From an uncultured Pelagibacteraceae bacterium (GTDB taxonomy: Bacteria > Pseudomonadota > Alphaproteobacteria > Pelagibacterales > Pelagibacteraceae): 64,000 bases of DNA. Shown here one piece after another: positions 46,221-57,269 of this stretch. Position numbers and translations under genes: made by a program. The notes below the pieces were generated by a model. That model worked only from the letters and a program-made list of their open reading frames with translations, was not told the origin of the DNA and did no database searches. Location of the stretch: positions 28,615-92,614 of the forward strand of contig CACCVU010000001.1 of assembly GCA_902549495.1 (NCBI GenBank), written 5' to 3'. How positions within the stretch are numbered: the stretch's first letter is position 1; every line of letters starts with the position of its first letter.

Positions 46221-49200
46221 ATGTTTTTAACAGACTTATCTATTAAAAGACCTGTCGTAGCTTCAGTAATGAGCTTAGTGTTAGTGATATTTGGTCTTGT
46301 AACTTTTCAAGAGATACCAACTGATGAACTGCCTGATGTTCAGCCTCCTGTCGTAACTATTCAAACTGAATATAGAGGTGCTTCAGCAGAAATAGTTGAT
46401 ACTCAAATAACTCAAAAAATTGAGGATTTTGTAGGAGGAACGCCCGGACTAGAAACGATAGACTCATTTAGTGAGGATGAAAGTTCGAGAATTACACTAA
46501 CATTTGAAACAAGTTTAGACTTAGATGACGTTGCTAACGATGTAAGAAGCTCTGTATCTAGAGTGCTAGACAATTTACCTGAAGGTGCGGAACAGCCTGA
46601 AATTTTCAAACAAAGTGCGGGTATGAGAACTACTATGTGGTTGTCTTTTAACTCTGAAACAATGACTGATTTAGAATTAACTGATTACGCAGATAGATAT
46701 TTGACTGATACTTTCTCTACTGTTGATGGCGTAGGCAGAGTACGCCTTGGTGGTCAAAGAGAACTCTCACTAAGAGTTTGGTTAGATCCAATAGCTTTGG
46801 CTGCAAGAGATCTTACTACTCAAGAGGTTGAGACAGTTCTCAGAAGAGAAAATACAGAGTTCCCGGCTGGACGAATTGAATCAAGGGATATCGATCTAAC
46901 TATAAAACTCGATAAAGCTTATAAAGAAGTAGAGAATTATAAAAATCTACCTTTAAAAAGAGCTAAGGACGGATCAATCATAACCCTGTCAGATGTGTCA
47001 AGAATTGAATTAGGAGCTGAGTCAACAAGAACTCTTTTTAAAGGTAATGGAAAGCAAGTTGTTGGTATAGGGATATATCAACAATCTGATGCAAACACCA
47101 TCGCTGTAGCTAACGGTATCAAAAAAAAGATAAAAGAATTAAAACCTAGCTTGCCGCCAGGTACTACCCTTGAAGTTTCATTTGATAGAAGTAATTATAT
47201 AAAATCTGCCATTAATGAAGTTTATAAAACGCTGATAATTGCATTAATATTGGTAACTATTATTATTTATCTTTTTCTAGGCAACCTGAGAGCTTTAGTT
47301 GTCCCTTTAATAGCTTTGCCTGTTTCATTAATCTCAACTTTTTTATCAATTTATATTTTCGATTTTTCAATTAATCTTTTTACTTTGATGGCCTTAGTGC
47401 TAGCTATAGGTATTGTGGTAGATGATGCCATTGTGATGCTTGAAAATATAGTGAGGAGAATAGAGTTAGGCGATACACCTTTAGTTGCAGCTTACAAAGG
47501 TGCTAAGCAGGTATCATTTGCAATAATAGCTACAACTGTTGTGTTAGTAGCAGTATTTGTTCCTCTTATTTTTATTAAAGGAATTACAGGGGTTCTTTTT
47601 ACTCAAACAGCAATTACTCTTGCATCGGCTGTGATTATTTCTAGCTTTGTTGCTTTATCATTAAGTCCAATGTTAGCTAGTAAATTTTTACAGAAAAATA
47701 TGCAAAAATCAAAGATTGTTTTAAAATTTGAGAAGTTTTTAAAAGATCTCACTTATCTTTACAAAGTTTCACTATTAAATTGGATAAAGAAAAGAAAAAC
47801 AATAACTATTTTTTTATTGGGTACTCTTGCATTAACAATATTTTTTTTTAATTTTGCTAAGAAAGAATTAATTGCTCCTGAAGATAGGGGTGCATTTTTT
47901 GTAATTGTAAAAGCTCCGCAAGGATCTGGTTTCAATTTTACCAAAGATAGAGCAGAAGAAATTGAGGAATTGTTGCTTCCAAGTGTAGGTAAAGGTGAAT
48001 ATAGAAAATTAATCATGAGAGTTCCAGGTTTTGGAAAATCGGCTAAACAAGTAAATAGTGGTTTTATAATTGTTCTTTTAGAGCCTTGGGCTAAAAGAGA
48101 TCGTCACGGAGTCGAAATAATGAGAGAGTCTTTTGGAAAAATTGCGAGAGTGCCGGGTGTTTTGGCTTTTCCAATAATGCCTCAGGGGATAAGGACTGGC
48201 GGAATAGAAAGTCCAGTACAATTTGTTGTTTTAGGTAATACATATGAACAATTGATCGAGTGGAAGGAGATAATTAAAAAAGAAGCAAGAAAAAATCCTG
48301 GTCTTACTTCTATTCAAGATGACTTTGATCTGAACAAACCTCAATTAAATGTAAAAATAGATCAAAAAAAAGCTGCTGATCTAGGGGTTTCTACAGAAGA
48401 TATAGGGAAAACTATAGAAACAATTTTTGGTTCAAAAAGGGTTACAAACTTTACAAGAGATGGAAAAGAATATTCTATAATTTTGCAAGGTGATATCAAA
48501 GATAGACAAGAGCCAGACAGTATAAGTAAAGTTTTTGTGAGATCTAAAAACAATGGAAAGCTTGTATCTGTGTCAAACTTAGTTGCATACGATGAAGAGG
48601 GACAATCTCCATTCTTAGCAAGATACAATAGGCAAAAAGCAGTTACTATCTCTGCAAGACTTGTGGGAGACTATTCGCTTGATGAGGCTCTAAAGTTTTT
48701 AGTGGGTGTTGTAGAACAAAATACGCCTCAAGCAAAAATTGCTTATAAAGGTGAAAGTGAGGAGTATAAAAAAACTAACACTGAACTTTATGTAATATTT
48801 GCTTTAGCATTAATTACTGCATACCTAGCCATGAGTGCTCAATTTGAAAGCTGGAGGCATCCACTGACAATTATGTTAACTGTGCCTATGGCTATTCTTG
48901 GGGGATTAATTGGTTTACTAGTAGTGGGGTCGTCATTAAATGTTTACAGTCAAATAGCATTAATCATTCTAATCGGTCTCTCAGCTAAAAACGGTATCCT
49001 AATTGTAGAATTTGCAAATCAGTTAAGGAAGGAAGGAAAAAATTTAGAAATTGCTGTATTTGAGGCTGCCGCTATTAGGCTAAGACCTATTCTCATGACA
49101 AGTATCTCAACTATTATTGGAGTCTTACCACTTATTCTTGGAACTGGACCAGGTGCTGCAAGTCGATTAACTGTTGGTATAACAATATTTGGTGGAATGT

Positions 49201-49316
49201 TATTCTCTACTTTTTTTACTCTTTACGTAATTCCTACTGTTTACACAATTGTTGGAAAGGGAACTAAGAGGATAGATGCTGTTGAGCTTGAGTTACAAAA
49301 GCAGCTTAAAAGATAA
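46221..49316 (+). CDS. RND efflux permease (AcrB/MdtC family)
   Basis: IKRPV, GIVVDDAIVMLEN, KNGILIVEFAN, RLRPILMT. Confidence 0.95.
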   Translation: MFLTDLSIKRPVVASVMSLVLVIFGLVTFQEIPTDELPDVQPPVVTIQTEYRGASAEIVDTQITQKIEDFVGGTPGLETIDSFSEDESSRITLTFETSLDLDDVANDVRSSVSRVLDNLPEGAEQPEIFKQSAGMRTTMWLSFNSETMTDLELTDYADRYLTDTFSTVDGVGRVRLGGQRELSLRVWLDPIALAARDLTTQEVETVLRRENTEFPAGRIESRDIDLTIKLDKAYKEVENYKNLPLKRAKDGSIITLSDVSRIELGAESTRTLFKGNGKQVVGIGIYQQSDANTIAVANGIKKKIKELKPSLPPGTTLEVSFDRSNYIKSAINEVYKTLIIALILVTIIIYLFLGNLRALVVPLIALPVSLISTFLSIYIFDFSINLFTLMALVLAIGIVVDDAIVMLENIVRRIELGDTPLVAAYKGAKQVSFAIIATTVVLVAVFVPLIFIKGITGVLFTQTAITLASAVIISSFVALSLSPMLASKFLQKNMQKSKIVLKFEKFLKDLTYLYKVSLLNWIKKRKTITIFLLGTLALTIFFFNFAKKELIAPEDRGAFFVIVKAPQGSGFNFTKDRAEEIEELLLPSVGKGEYRKLIMRVPGFGKSAKQVNSGFIIVLLEPWAKRDRHGVEIMRESFGKIARVPGVLAFPIMPQGIRTGGIESPVQFVVLGNTYEQLIEWKEIIKKEARKNPGLTSIQDDFDLNKPQLNVKIDQKKAADLGVSTEDIGKTIETIFGSKRVTNFTRDGKEYSIILQGDIKDRQEPDSISKVFVRSKNNGKLVSVSNLVAYDEEGQSPFLARYNRQKAVTISARLVGDYSLDEALKFLVGVVEQNTPQAKIAYKGESEEYKKTNTELYVIFALALITAYLAMSAQFESWRHPLTIMLTVPMAILGGLIGLLVVGSSLNVYSQIALIILIGLSAKNGILIVEFANQLRKEGKNLEIAVFEAAAIRLRPILMTSISTIIGVLPLILGTGPGAASRLTVGITIFGGMLFSTFFTLYVIPTVYTIVGKGTKRIDAVELELQKQLKR

Positions 49317-49905
49317 TATATTTATTTTTATCTAGATTTTTTTTACAGAGCGTTAATTGCTTTCTATATTTTTTTGCCAGGTCCTTAACAGATTTTGCGT
49401 ATATAATAGCTTTTTTATCTTTTGAATAATTTTTATAATCTGCCCAACCTTTGTAATAAGCTAAATATTGTCGATAAGGATCTTTTTTGGAAATTTTCAA
49501 TATCTTATTTGTTTTATGGATGTACCATCCTATAAAATCTACTGAGTCTTTAAATCTTGCTCTCGTAGCTAATGGATTATTTGTTTCTCTTTTATATTGT
49601 TCCCAAGTACCCTTAACTGCTTGAGAGTATCCAAATGAGGAAGAAGGTCTTTTAAAAGGTATTACTTTAAATAATTTGGTTCTTGGAGGTTTTGCAAGCC
49701 AATTGAAGTCACTTTCTTTTTTAACAAAAGCTAGCTGCAGATGAATAGGTGCCCCCCATTTTTCATAAGAAGCCTTCGAATGTTTGTACCATAAATATCT
49801 CTCTTCAAAGATAGCGCAACTATTCTGCGTATTTTTTGGTATTGAAGAACAGGCACTTAAAATTAAAAAAATTAAAATAATTATTACTTTTTTAAAAGGA
49901 ATCAC
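49306..49905 (-). CDS. Transglycosylase SLT-like lipoprotein
   Basis: LSAC lipobox, KESDF, SSSFGYSQA, TWEQY, YLAY. Confidence 0.8.
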   Translation of the reverse strand: MIPFKKVIIILIFLILSACSSIPKNTQNSCAIFEERYLWYKHSKASYEKWGAPIHLQLAFVKKESDFNWLAKPPRTKLFKVIPFKRPSSSFGYSQAVKGTWEQYKRETNNPLATRARFKDSVDFIGWYIHKTNKILKISKKDPYRQYLAYYKGWADYKNYSKDKKAIIYAKSVKDLAKKYRKQLTLCKKNLDKNKYIIF

Positions 49906-49925
49906 TAAGTAATTTATACTAAAAA

Positions 49926-50423
49926 TTAATTAAGCTTTCTCCATTTTTCTGGCTCCATAAACTTCCCTTGCCATAGTCCTAATTTATTTTCTTTTGCGAA
50001 TAATTCATCTGGTACATATTTTTTAGAATATCTTCTATATGCTATTGCAAAACCGTTTCTTACCATCCACTGATTTAAGTTGGTTTTTCCTTTAAAGCAG
50101 GTAGCAATATATCTTTTGTATCGATCTTTAGATGAAGAAATACATTTTATTTCAGAAGTTTTAATTTTAGTTATTAATTTTTCTTTTGAAACTCTTCCAC
50201 AGCTATAATCTTTATAAAATGTAAAGCCAATCAAAAATGAAATTTTAAAGGACTCTTTTTTACATCTTTGTCTCATTTCTGGGGCATCTATTCCTTCTAA
50301 TCTAAATTTATAATTGTTTATATAAATTGTATCTCCATCAACAACCTTTGGGATGCCAGATATTTCCTCTGATATAGAATTAGATAGCATAACCAAAAAT
50401 ATTATAATTATACGAATAAACAT
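49926..50423 (-). CDS. Thermonuclease (SNase) family protein
   Basis: VDGDT, RLEGIDAPE, DRYKR, MVRNGFA, GLWQG. Confidence 0.9.
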   Translation of the reverse strand: MFIRIIIIFLVMLSNSISEEISGIPKVVDGDTIYINNYKFRLEGIDAPEMRQRCKKESFKISFLIGFTFYKDYSCGRVSKEKLITKIKTSEIKCISSSKDRYKRYIATCFKGKTNLNQWMVRNGFAIAYRRYSKKYVPDELFAKENKLGLWQGKFMEPEKWRKLN

Positions 50424-50816
50424 TTAATTTTGAAGTTTTTTAAAAAATTTAAATATTAAAAAAGCCAACACCACCCCCAAGCTATTCGCATACAAATCGT
50501 TAAGTTCAAATGCTCGATTGGGAATAAAATGATGTAGTAATTCTAAAATTACTGAAATTAAAAATAAAAAAGAAAAACTATTTATAAATTTTTTTTGATT
50601 ACTCCGAAATATAAAACCTAAAATGCTTAAATAGCAAAAAAATATTAAATGATTAATAGAAGTTCCTATTGGATTTGAAATAAAATCGGGTTGTTTTCCC
50701 AAATTTCCGTATAAAAAATAACCAATTAAACTTCCTGGGAACAAATAAAGAATTAGTAGAATTATAAATGAGAAATAGAATAAATATTTTAAAGCAAATA
50801 AGATAGTGTTTTTCAT
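50424..50816 (-). CDS. VanZ-like membrane protein
   Basis: ELLHHFIPNRAFELNDLYAN. Confidence 0.8.
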   Translation of the reverse strand: MKNTILFALKYLFYFSFIILLILYLFPGSLIGYFLYGNLGKQPDFISNPIGTSINHLIFFCYLSILGFIFRSNQKKFINSFSFLFLISVILELLHHFIPNRAFELNDLYANSLGVVLAFLIFKFFKKLQN

Positions 50817-50856
50817 TTAGATTTTTATATAGTACATAATAACTTAATTAACTTAT

Positions 50857-51576
50857 ATGAGTAAACTAATCTTAACAAGACATGGTCAGAGTATCTGGAA
50901 TGCTGAAAATAGATTTACGGGCTGGGTAGATGTTGACCTTTCAGAGAAAGGTAAAGAGGAAGCTAAAAAGTCAGGAGAGTTAATTAGTGAATTGAATATT
51001 AAAGTAGATATTAGTTATACCTCTTATCTTAAAAGAGCAATTGAAACGCTTACAATTATCTTAAAAAAATTAAATTTATCCATGAAGTTTAATACTGCTT
51101 GGGAATTAAATGAAAGACATTACGGGTCATTAACGGGTTTAAACAAGGAAGAAACAAAAAAGAAAATTGGTGAAGAACAATTTAAAAAATATAGAAGATC
51201 ATGGGACGTCGCACCACCTCTCATGGCTAAAGATAGTAATTACCTTGAAAACTTTAGCCCTTTAAATGATGGAATTCCCAAAAATAAAATTCCTTTTACC
51301 GAATCTCTAAAGCATACTTATGAACGAGTAGTTCCTTTTTATAATTTTGAAATAAAAAAAAATTTAGAAAATGGAAAAAATATTTTGATATCGGCTCATG
51401 GAAATTCATTAAGAGCATTGTGTAAATCTCTATTTAAGATTTCAGATATTAAAATTAATGAGCTTGAAATTCCAACAGGGAACCCTTTAATAATTGATTT
51501 CGATAATCAATTAAAAATTCAAAAATATTATTATTTAGATAAATCAAGATCTAAAGAAATAATTTTTAATCAATAG
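50857..51576 (+). CDS. gpmA: 2,3-bisphosphoglycerate-dependent phosphoglycerate mutase
   Basis: RHGQS, FTGWVD, LNERHYG, AHGNSLR, EIPTG. Confidence 0.95.
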   Translation: MSKLILTRHGQSIWNAENRFTGWVDVDLSEKGKEEAKKSGELISELNIKVDISYTSYLKRAIETLTIILKKLNLSMKFNTAWELNERHYGSLTGLNKEETKKKIGEEQFKKYRRSWDVAPPLMAKDSNYLENFSPLNDGIPKNKIPFTESLKHTYERVVPFYNFEIKKNLENGKNILISAHGNSLRALCKSLFKISDIKINELEIPTGNPLIIDFDNQLKIQKYYYLDKSRSKEIIFNQ

Positions 51577-52264
51577 AACTTAAAGAAGATATTTTTTCAA
51601 ACATTTCAAAGGTGTTTAAATGATAAAACTTTTGATTACTTTCCAATCCACCAAGATTTTTTTCGCTTATCAATTTTGCCCAAACTTCATTCATTGAAAA
51701 AATATCTTTATTAAAAGAGAGTAAATGATCATTTTTTATTATTTGTAGGCCAGTAAAAATAAATTGGTTATGTTCATCTTTAGAAATTAAATTATTGTTT
51801 AGATTAAAGTCACCCTTGAATGAGTTATCTAAAGATAATTTTTTTTTCACCAGTAATAAACACGGTCTTTTATTTGTGAAATACTCCTTTTCTAAAGATT
51901 GAATTTCTTTAGAATATTTATTACTCCAGAGTGTATCTGGGTTTATTACAAAAAAAGGGTTTTCCTTGAAATCTTTTGTCCCTTTTTTTACTCCACCTCC
52001 GGTATCTAGTAATGTGTCTTTTTCATTTGATATTTTGATTTTAACTTCTGATTTTAAATCTGAGACATATTTTTCAATTTGATCGCCAAGGTGATGAATA
52101 TTTACGCTAATTTCTTTTACGCCATGATTGATTAGAAGATTAATAGCTCTTTCAAGAAGGGTAATACCACCTATTTCTAATAATGGTTTTGGTTTTTTAC
52201 TAGTTAGAGGTTGCATTCTTTTTCCCAAGCCTGCAGCCAATATCATTCCATGCCTAATTTTCAT
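51566..52264 (-). CDS. murU: MurU-like nucleotidyltransferase
   Basis: MILAAGLGKRMQPLT..PKPL, LLDTGGG; adjacent to amgK. Confidence 0.8.
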   Translation of the reverse strand: MKIRHGMILAAGLGKRMQPLTSKKPKPLLEIGGITLLERAINLLINHGVKEISVNIHHLGDQIEKYVSDLKSEVKIKISNEKDTLLDTGGGVKKGTKDFKENPFFVINPDTLWSNKYSKEIQSLEKEYFTNKRPCLLLVKKKLSLDNSFKGDFNLNNNLISKDEHNQFIFTGLQIIKNDHLLSFNKDIFSMNEVWAKLISEKNLGGLESNQKFYHLNTFEMFEKISSLSSID

Positions 52265-53223
52265 AAATTATTTATTTTTTTTAACTCTTCTATTTTTAAA
52301 TATTTTTTTAACATTAAATTAAAATTTTCGAAGACAGGATTTTTAAGACGTCTCTGGATTAAACGCCAAGTGTAAGGCAAATATTTTAGATAATTGGGTT
52401 TACCGTCTCTTTTGTAAAGTCTTACAAATATACCTAAAATTTTTAGATTTCTTTGTACAGATAATATTTCAAAATCATTTTTTAAATTTTTGTATTGCTC
52501 CTTTTTAAATTTAGATTTGGAATAATAAAAATTAAATAATCTTTCTTGTAAATTTAAAGGAAGTTTAATCCTTGCATCATCTATTAACGAAGCTAAATCG
52601 TAAAGTGGATTTCCAATTATTGCATCCTGACTATCTATTAAACCAAGTTTATTTTTATTTACCATTATGTTCGATGCATGAAAATCTCTGTGAACAAAAA
52701 CTGTATTTTTAAAATAAAGTTTTTTATAAACTTTAGTTAATTCTTTTTTTAAAATATTTTTAATTTTTTTTTGTTTTGAACTTTTAAGACAGTGCTGCAA
52801 ATACCAATCAAAAAATAAATCAGACTCTTTATGAAGATTTTTAATCGAATAATTCTGAAAATTAATTTTGTATTTTCCAAATTGATAAGTTCGTTTTGGT
52901 CTAATATTTTGTAATTTGATAATAATCCTAATCAAATTTTTATAGCTGTTAAATTTACTTTTCTTTTTGATGATAAATTTATAAAACGATTTATCTCCTA
53001 AATCTGAAATCTCAATAATGTTGTTGTCGTAGTGATTAGTAATTAACTTTGGTGTATAAATCTTATTTTTTTTTAAAATATTATTAACTACAATGTAAGT
53101 GATTAAATTTTTGAATTTTTCTTTTTTTGCTTGAACTATAATTGATGTATGTCGTCCTTTTTGTAATCTATAAAATTCTCTGAATGATGCATCGCCTGAA
53201 ATTTTTTTAAGTTTATAATTCAT
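52261..53223 (-). CDS. amgK: AmgK-like anomeric sugar kinase (APH family)
   Basis: GDASFR, HRDFHASN, IDSQDA, YDLASL, QRNLKILGIF. Confidence 0.85.
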   Translation of the reverse strand: MNYKLKKISGDASFREFYRLQKGRHTSIIVQAKKEKFKNLITYIVVNNILKKNKIYTPKLITNHYDNNIIEISDLGDKSFYKFIIKKKSKFNSYKNLIRIIIKLQNIRPKRTYQFGKYKINFQNYSIKNLHKESDLFFDWYLQHCLKSSKQKKIKNILKKELTKVYKKLYFKNTVFVHRDFHASNIMVNKNKLGLIDSQDAIIGNPLYDLASLIDDARIKLPLNLQERLFNFYYSKSKFKKEQYKNLKNDFEILSVQRNLKILGIFVRLYKRDGKPNYLKYLPYTWRLIQRRLKNPVFENFNLMLKKYLKIEELKKINNL

Positions 53224-53662
53224 TTAAAATTTCCCACTTACCTGAACCTATAAATTTTATCTCTCTCTGATTTTCATTTATAGCGTAATCTAGATGTATT
53301 TCTAATTTATTAGATAACGGAATATCAATAAGTTGTGGCCACTCTATAATCTTAATTGTCTCTTGTTGATCTGAAAAAATGCCTAGATGTTTTAATTCGC
53401 TTTCATCTTTTATTCTATAAAGATCATAATGCATAATTTTAATATTTTTTAGATTATACTCATAAAGTAGATTAAAAGTAGGACTTAGTACTTCTGTAAT
53501 CTTTTCTCTATTTTTTTCTTGTAAGTAATTTATCAAGTATCTTGAAAAAGTAGTTTTTCCTACACCAATATCACCGATTAAAAATATACAATCATTTTTA
53601 GTTAGTTGGTCTGCAACTTTTTTTGATAAAGAATTTAAATGTTCTAAGGATTTAACAATCAT
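53213..53662 (-). CDS. tsaE: t6A biosynthesis ATPase TsaE
   Basis: GDIGVGKTT, SPTF, HYDLYR, IEWP. Confidence 0.95.
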   Translation of the reverse strand: MIVKSLEHLNSLSKKVADQLTKNDCIFLIGDIGVGKTTFSRYLINYLQEKNREKITEVLSPTFNLLYEYNLKNIKIMHYDLYRIKDESELKHLGIFSDQQETIKIIEWPQLIDIPLSNKLEIHLDYAINENQREIKFIGSGKWEILNEL

Positions 53663-53672
53663 TTGCTACTGT

Positions 53673-54962
53673 TTAGTAGCGGTAAGTATCTGGTTTAAAT
53701 GGTCCTGATGGTTTAACGCTAATATAATCTGCTTGATCTTTAGACATTTTAGTTAATTTTGCACCAACTTTTTCTAAATGCAACATTGCAACTTTTTCAT
53801 CTAAGTGTTTTGGTAATACATAAACTTTATTTTCATATTTATCTGAATTATTCCAGAGTTCTATTTGTGCTATAACTTGATTTGTAAATGATGCGCTCAT
53901 GACAAAACTTGGGTGACCTGTTGCGCATCCAAGATTTACAAGTCTTCCCTCCGCTAATAAAATAATTCTTTTTTTACTTGGTAGCTCTATTTCATGGACC
54001 TGAGGTTTTATTTCATCCCATTTGTAGTTTTTCAGAGCTTCAACCTGAATTTCGTTATCAAAATGTCCGATGTTACATAAGATAGCTCTATCTTTCATAT
54101 TTCTCATATGATCTGCAGTTACTATATCTTTGTTTCCGGTAGCAGTTACAACAATATCGGCATCTTTAATTGCATCTTCCATTAAAACTACTTCGTAGCC
54201 TTCCATCGCTGCTTGTAGTGCACAAATTGGATCTGTCTCTGTTACCATTACTCTTGCGCCTGCTTGACGCAAAGAAGCTGCGCTGCCTTTGCCAACGTCT
54301 CCGAAACCTGCAACAACCGCAACTTTTCCAGACATCATAACGTCTGTGGCTCTTTTGATACCATCAACTAAACTTTCTCTACATCCATATAAATTATCAA
54401 ATTTTGATTTCGTCACTGAGTCGTTTACATTGAATGCAGGAACCATTAATTGTTTATTTGTTTCCATTTTTTTTAGTGCTAACACTCCAGTAGTTGTTTC
54501 TTCTGAAATTCCTTTAACACCCTTTAAAAGATCTTTGTAATCTTTATGCATTAAACCTGTTAAATCTCCTCCATCATCCAAAATCATGTTTGGTTTCCAA
54601 TCTTTTTTTCCCTCTATTGTTTGCTTTACACACCACCAGTACTCCTCTTCAGTTTCACCTTTCCAAGCAAAAACTGGTATGCCTGCTTTAGCTATTGCTG
54701 CCGCTGCGTGATCTTGAGTGGAAAAAATGTTACATGAAGACCATCTCACTTCTGCGCCTAGATCAACTAGGGTCTCAATAAGAACTGCAGTTTGAATTGT
54801 CATATGCAAGCACCCTAAAATTTTTGCGCCTTTGAGAGGCTTTTTTCCTTTATACTCTTTTCTAAGTGCCATTAATCCGGGCATTTCAGACTCGGCTATA
54901 GAAATTTCTTTCCTACCAAAATCAGCTAAACTTATATCTTTTACTTTATAATCTTGTCCCAT
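53673..54962 (-). CDS. ahcY: Adenosylhomocysteinase
   Basis: [40 protein letters not shown]. Confidence 0.98.
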   Translation of the reverse strand: MGQDYKVKDISLADFGRKEISIAESEMPGLMALRKEYKGKKPLKGAKILGCLHMTIQTAVLIETLVDLGAEVRWSSCNIFSTQDHAAAAIAKAGIPVFAWKGETEEEYWWCVKQTIEGKKDWKPNMILDDGGDLTGLMHKDYKDLLKGVKGISEETTTGVLALKKMETNKQLMVPAFNVNDSVTKSKFDNLYGCRESLVDGIKRATDVMMSGKVAVVAGFGDVGKGSAASLRQAGARVMVTETDPICALQAAMEGYEVVLMEDAIKDADIVVTATGNKDIVTADHMRNMKDRAILCNIGHFDNEIQVEALKNYKWDEIKPQVHEIELPSKKRIILLAEGRLVNLGCATGHPSFVMSASFTNQVIAQIELWNNSDKYENKVYVLPKHLDEKVAMLHLEKVGAKLTKMSKDQADYISVKPSGPFKPDTYRY

Positions 54963-55010
54963 TTTGAATTTGTTAATATCAACATAAATCTATCTTATCA
55001 AGAAAGAACA

Positions 55011-56531
55011 CTAAGAAAATTTAGGTAGTAATACTTCAACTTGCGCACCTTTAGTATTCAGTCTATTTGACGCCGCTATAGTGCCTTTATGTAGCTCAAC
55101 AATATTTTTAACAATATTGAGACCTAAGCCAGAATGTTTTCCAAAGCTTTTTGGCCTATTGCTATAGAAACGTTTGAAGATTTTTTGAGGAGAGGTTTCA
55201 GAAAAACCCGGGCCTTCATCCTTGATTTTCATTACAAGATTTTTTGTTGTTTCCTCGATACTTATTTCAATTTTTTGATTATCCTGACTGAAAGATATAG
55301 AATTGTCTAATAAGTTTGCTATTACCTGTTCTAATCTATTTTCAATTCCTAATATATATTTCCCATTTTTTGAACTTATTTTATCTTTTATCTTAATTTG
55401 AATATTCTTATTTTGGTTTTTCAGATCTTGTTTAAAATCTTCTGCTACATTATTGATAATTTCAATTAAATTTATTTTACTCATTTTCTCTCTAGATAAA
55501 GAAGCTTCATCTTTGAGCATTTGTGAATAATCCGTAATTAATCTCTCTATTCTTTCAACGTCATGATTGATTATCTTTAAAAGTTTTTCACTTTCATCTT
55601 TACCAGTTGTTTTATCTAATAATTCTGAAGCACTCTTCAAAGAGGCTAGCGGGTTTCTGATTTCATGAGCTAAATCATTGGAAAATGTTTCTGCCCTATT
55701 GGTTCTATGTTGAAGTTCTTTTGTCATTTCATCAATTGACATAGTGAGTTTTCCAATTTCATCGTCTCTCACAAAAACTTTTTTTATATTAATGCTTTCT
55801 GAGGATTTCTTCTTAATCGAGTCACTATATTTAACTAATAAACCAATTGGCTTTAAAACATATTTATTTAGAAACATTGAAAAAATTAAAATTACAAGTG
55901 CTACTGCAAAAACAGTTCTAATAATAAAATCTTTTCTTTCTTTAACTGCGTTAATAATATCATTCGCTTGCTCAGAAACCAAAATATATCCAATGCTATC
56001 ATTTTGAAGTTTAACTTCGCTTAACGTCTTTACATAAAAATCATTTTTATTTATTTCAGATATTGTTAAAGGTTCGCCATCGTATTTCTCTAATATTATA
56101 TTTAAATTATTTTCAGTTTTTTTATTTGAAGTAGAGGAGGAAAACTCATTTGATGAATTTTTTCCATCAATTGCCTCTTCTATTACTACATCTGATCTTG
56201 AAAAAACATTTTGATCTAAATCTAAAATATTTGTATCACCTATTAATTCTCCATTGGAGTCATAGAACTGAACTCTATCTAAACTCTGGAATAAAAATCT
56301 TGTAGAAAGTAAAAAGGTTCTTATGCCATTAGAACTATAATCTACATTTAGCCTTTCAAGATGATCAACTGTGTTATTAATGATAATTTTATGATTTATT
56401 GCTCTCTTTTTTACAAGATTTGGTTGAATTGCTTTTAGGTAAAATATTGTAAATAATCCTAGTATAGAAAATGTTGTTAAATTAAATAATAAAAACTTTT
56501 TTAGTATAGAAGCTGTTTTTTTTGATTTCAT
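55011..56531 (-). CDS. chvG: Sensor histidine kinase ChvG
   Basis: Two TMs, HAMP (RDDEIG), HEIRNPL H-box, NLLDNS, DEGPG, RFYSNRP, SGLGL; next to chvI. Confidence 0.88.
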   Translation of the reverse strand: MKSKKTASILKKFLLFNLTTFSILGLFTIFYLKAIQPNLVKKRAINHKIIINNTVDHLERLNVDYSSNGIRTFLLSTRFLFQSLDRVQFYDSNGELIGDTNILDLDQNVFSRSDVVIEEAIDGKNSSNEFSSSTSNKKTENNLNIILEKYDGEPLTISEINKNDFYVKTLSEVKLQNDSIGYILVSEQANDIINAVKERKDFIIRTVFAVALVILIFSMFLNKYVLKPIGLLVKYSDSIKKKSSESINIKKVFVRDDEIGKLTMSIDEMTKELQHRTNRAETFSNDLAHEIRNPLASLKSASELLDKTTGKDESEKLLKIINHDVERIERLITDYSQMLKDEASLSREKMSKINLIEIINNVAEDFKQDLKNQNKNIQIKIKDKISSKNGKYILGIENRLEQVIANLLDNSISFSQDNQKIEISIEETTKNLVMKIKDEGPGFSETSPQKIFKRFYSNRPKSFGKHSGLGLNIVKNIVELHKGTIAASNRLNTKGAQVEVLLPKFS

Positions 56532-57229
56532 TAACTAACATTCCATCTATACCCGCTTCCATATCTAGTTTCAATTGCCGAAAATTTTTCGTCAACTTTT
56601 TTGAACTTTTTTCTTATTCTTTTAACGTGACTGTCTATAGTTCTGTCCTCGATTTCAGTATTTTCTTTATATGCAATATCCATTAAATGGGCTCTTTCTT
56701 TTATTACCCCTGGTCTTTTTGCTAATTCCTTAACAATTAGAAATTCTGTAGTGGTTAACTTATCTGGCAAGGGCTTGCCATTCCATTCACATTCTAACTG
56801 AGCTGGATCTAGCTTAAGCTTTCCATGGCTAATAATATTCTTTGTATCATCTGCAACATTGGATTTTTTTCTGAGTTGTACTCTAATTCTCTCGATGAGC
56901 ACCTTGGTAGAAAATCCTCCTGACTTTTTCACAAAATCATCTGCTCCAAGTTTTAATCCGAGTAATTCGTCTACTTCTTCATCTTTTGACGTTAAAAATA
57001 TTATTGGTATAGACATTTTCTTTTTTATTTTTTTTAAAAGTTCCTCTCCATCCATTCTTGGCATTTTGATATCTAAAATAGCTAAGTCTGGAGGGTTTCT
57101 TGTCAAACCGATTAACGCGGACTCTCCATCTATGTAAGTTTGCACTTTAAAGCCTTCTCGCTCAAGTGCCATACTTATTCCAGTTAGAATATTTCTATCG
57201 TCATCTACTAATGCAATTGTATGTGCCAT
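56531..57229 (-). CDS. chvI: OmpR-family response regulator ChvI
   Basis: IALVDDDRNILT, LDIKMPRMDG, DRTIDSHVKRIRKKF. Confidence 0.92.
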   Translation of the reverse strand: MAHTIALVDDDRNILTGISMALEREGFKVQTYIDGESALIGLTRNPPDLAILDIKMPRMDGEELLKKIKKKMSIPIIFLTSKDEEVDELLGLKLGADDFVKKSGGFSTKVLIERIRVQLRKKSNVADDTKNIISHGKLKLDPAQLECEWNGKPLPDKLTTTEFLIVKELAKRPGVIKERAHLMDIAYKENTEIEDRTIDSHVKRIRKKFKKVDEKFSAIETRYGSGYRWNVS

Positions 57230-57249
57230 AATTTTATATTCATAATCTT

Positions 57250-57269
57250 AATGTCAAAATTTAGGCGTT
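57250..57269 (-). promoter_or_regulatory. Putative ChvI autoregulatory site
   Basis: Minus strand AACGCCTAAATTTTGACATT; shares AAAATTTAGGC and TTAGGCGTT with 30584-30608. Confidence 0.45.
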
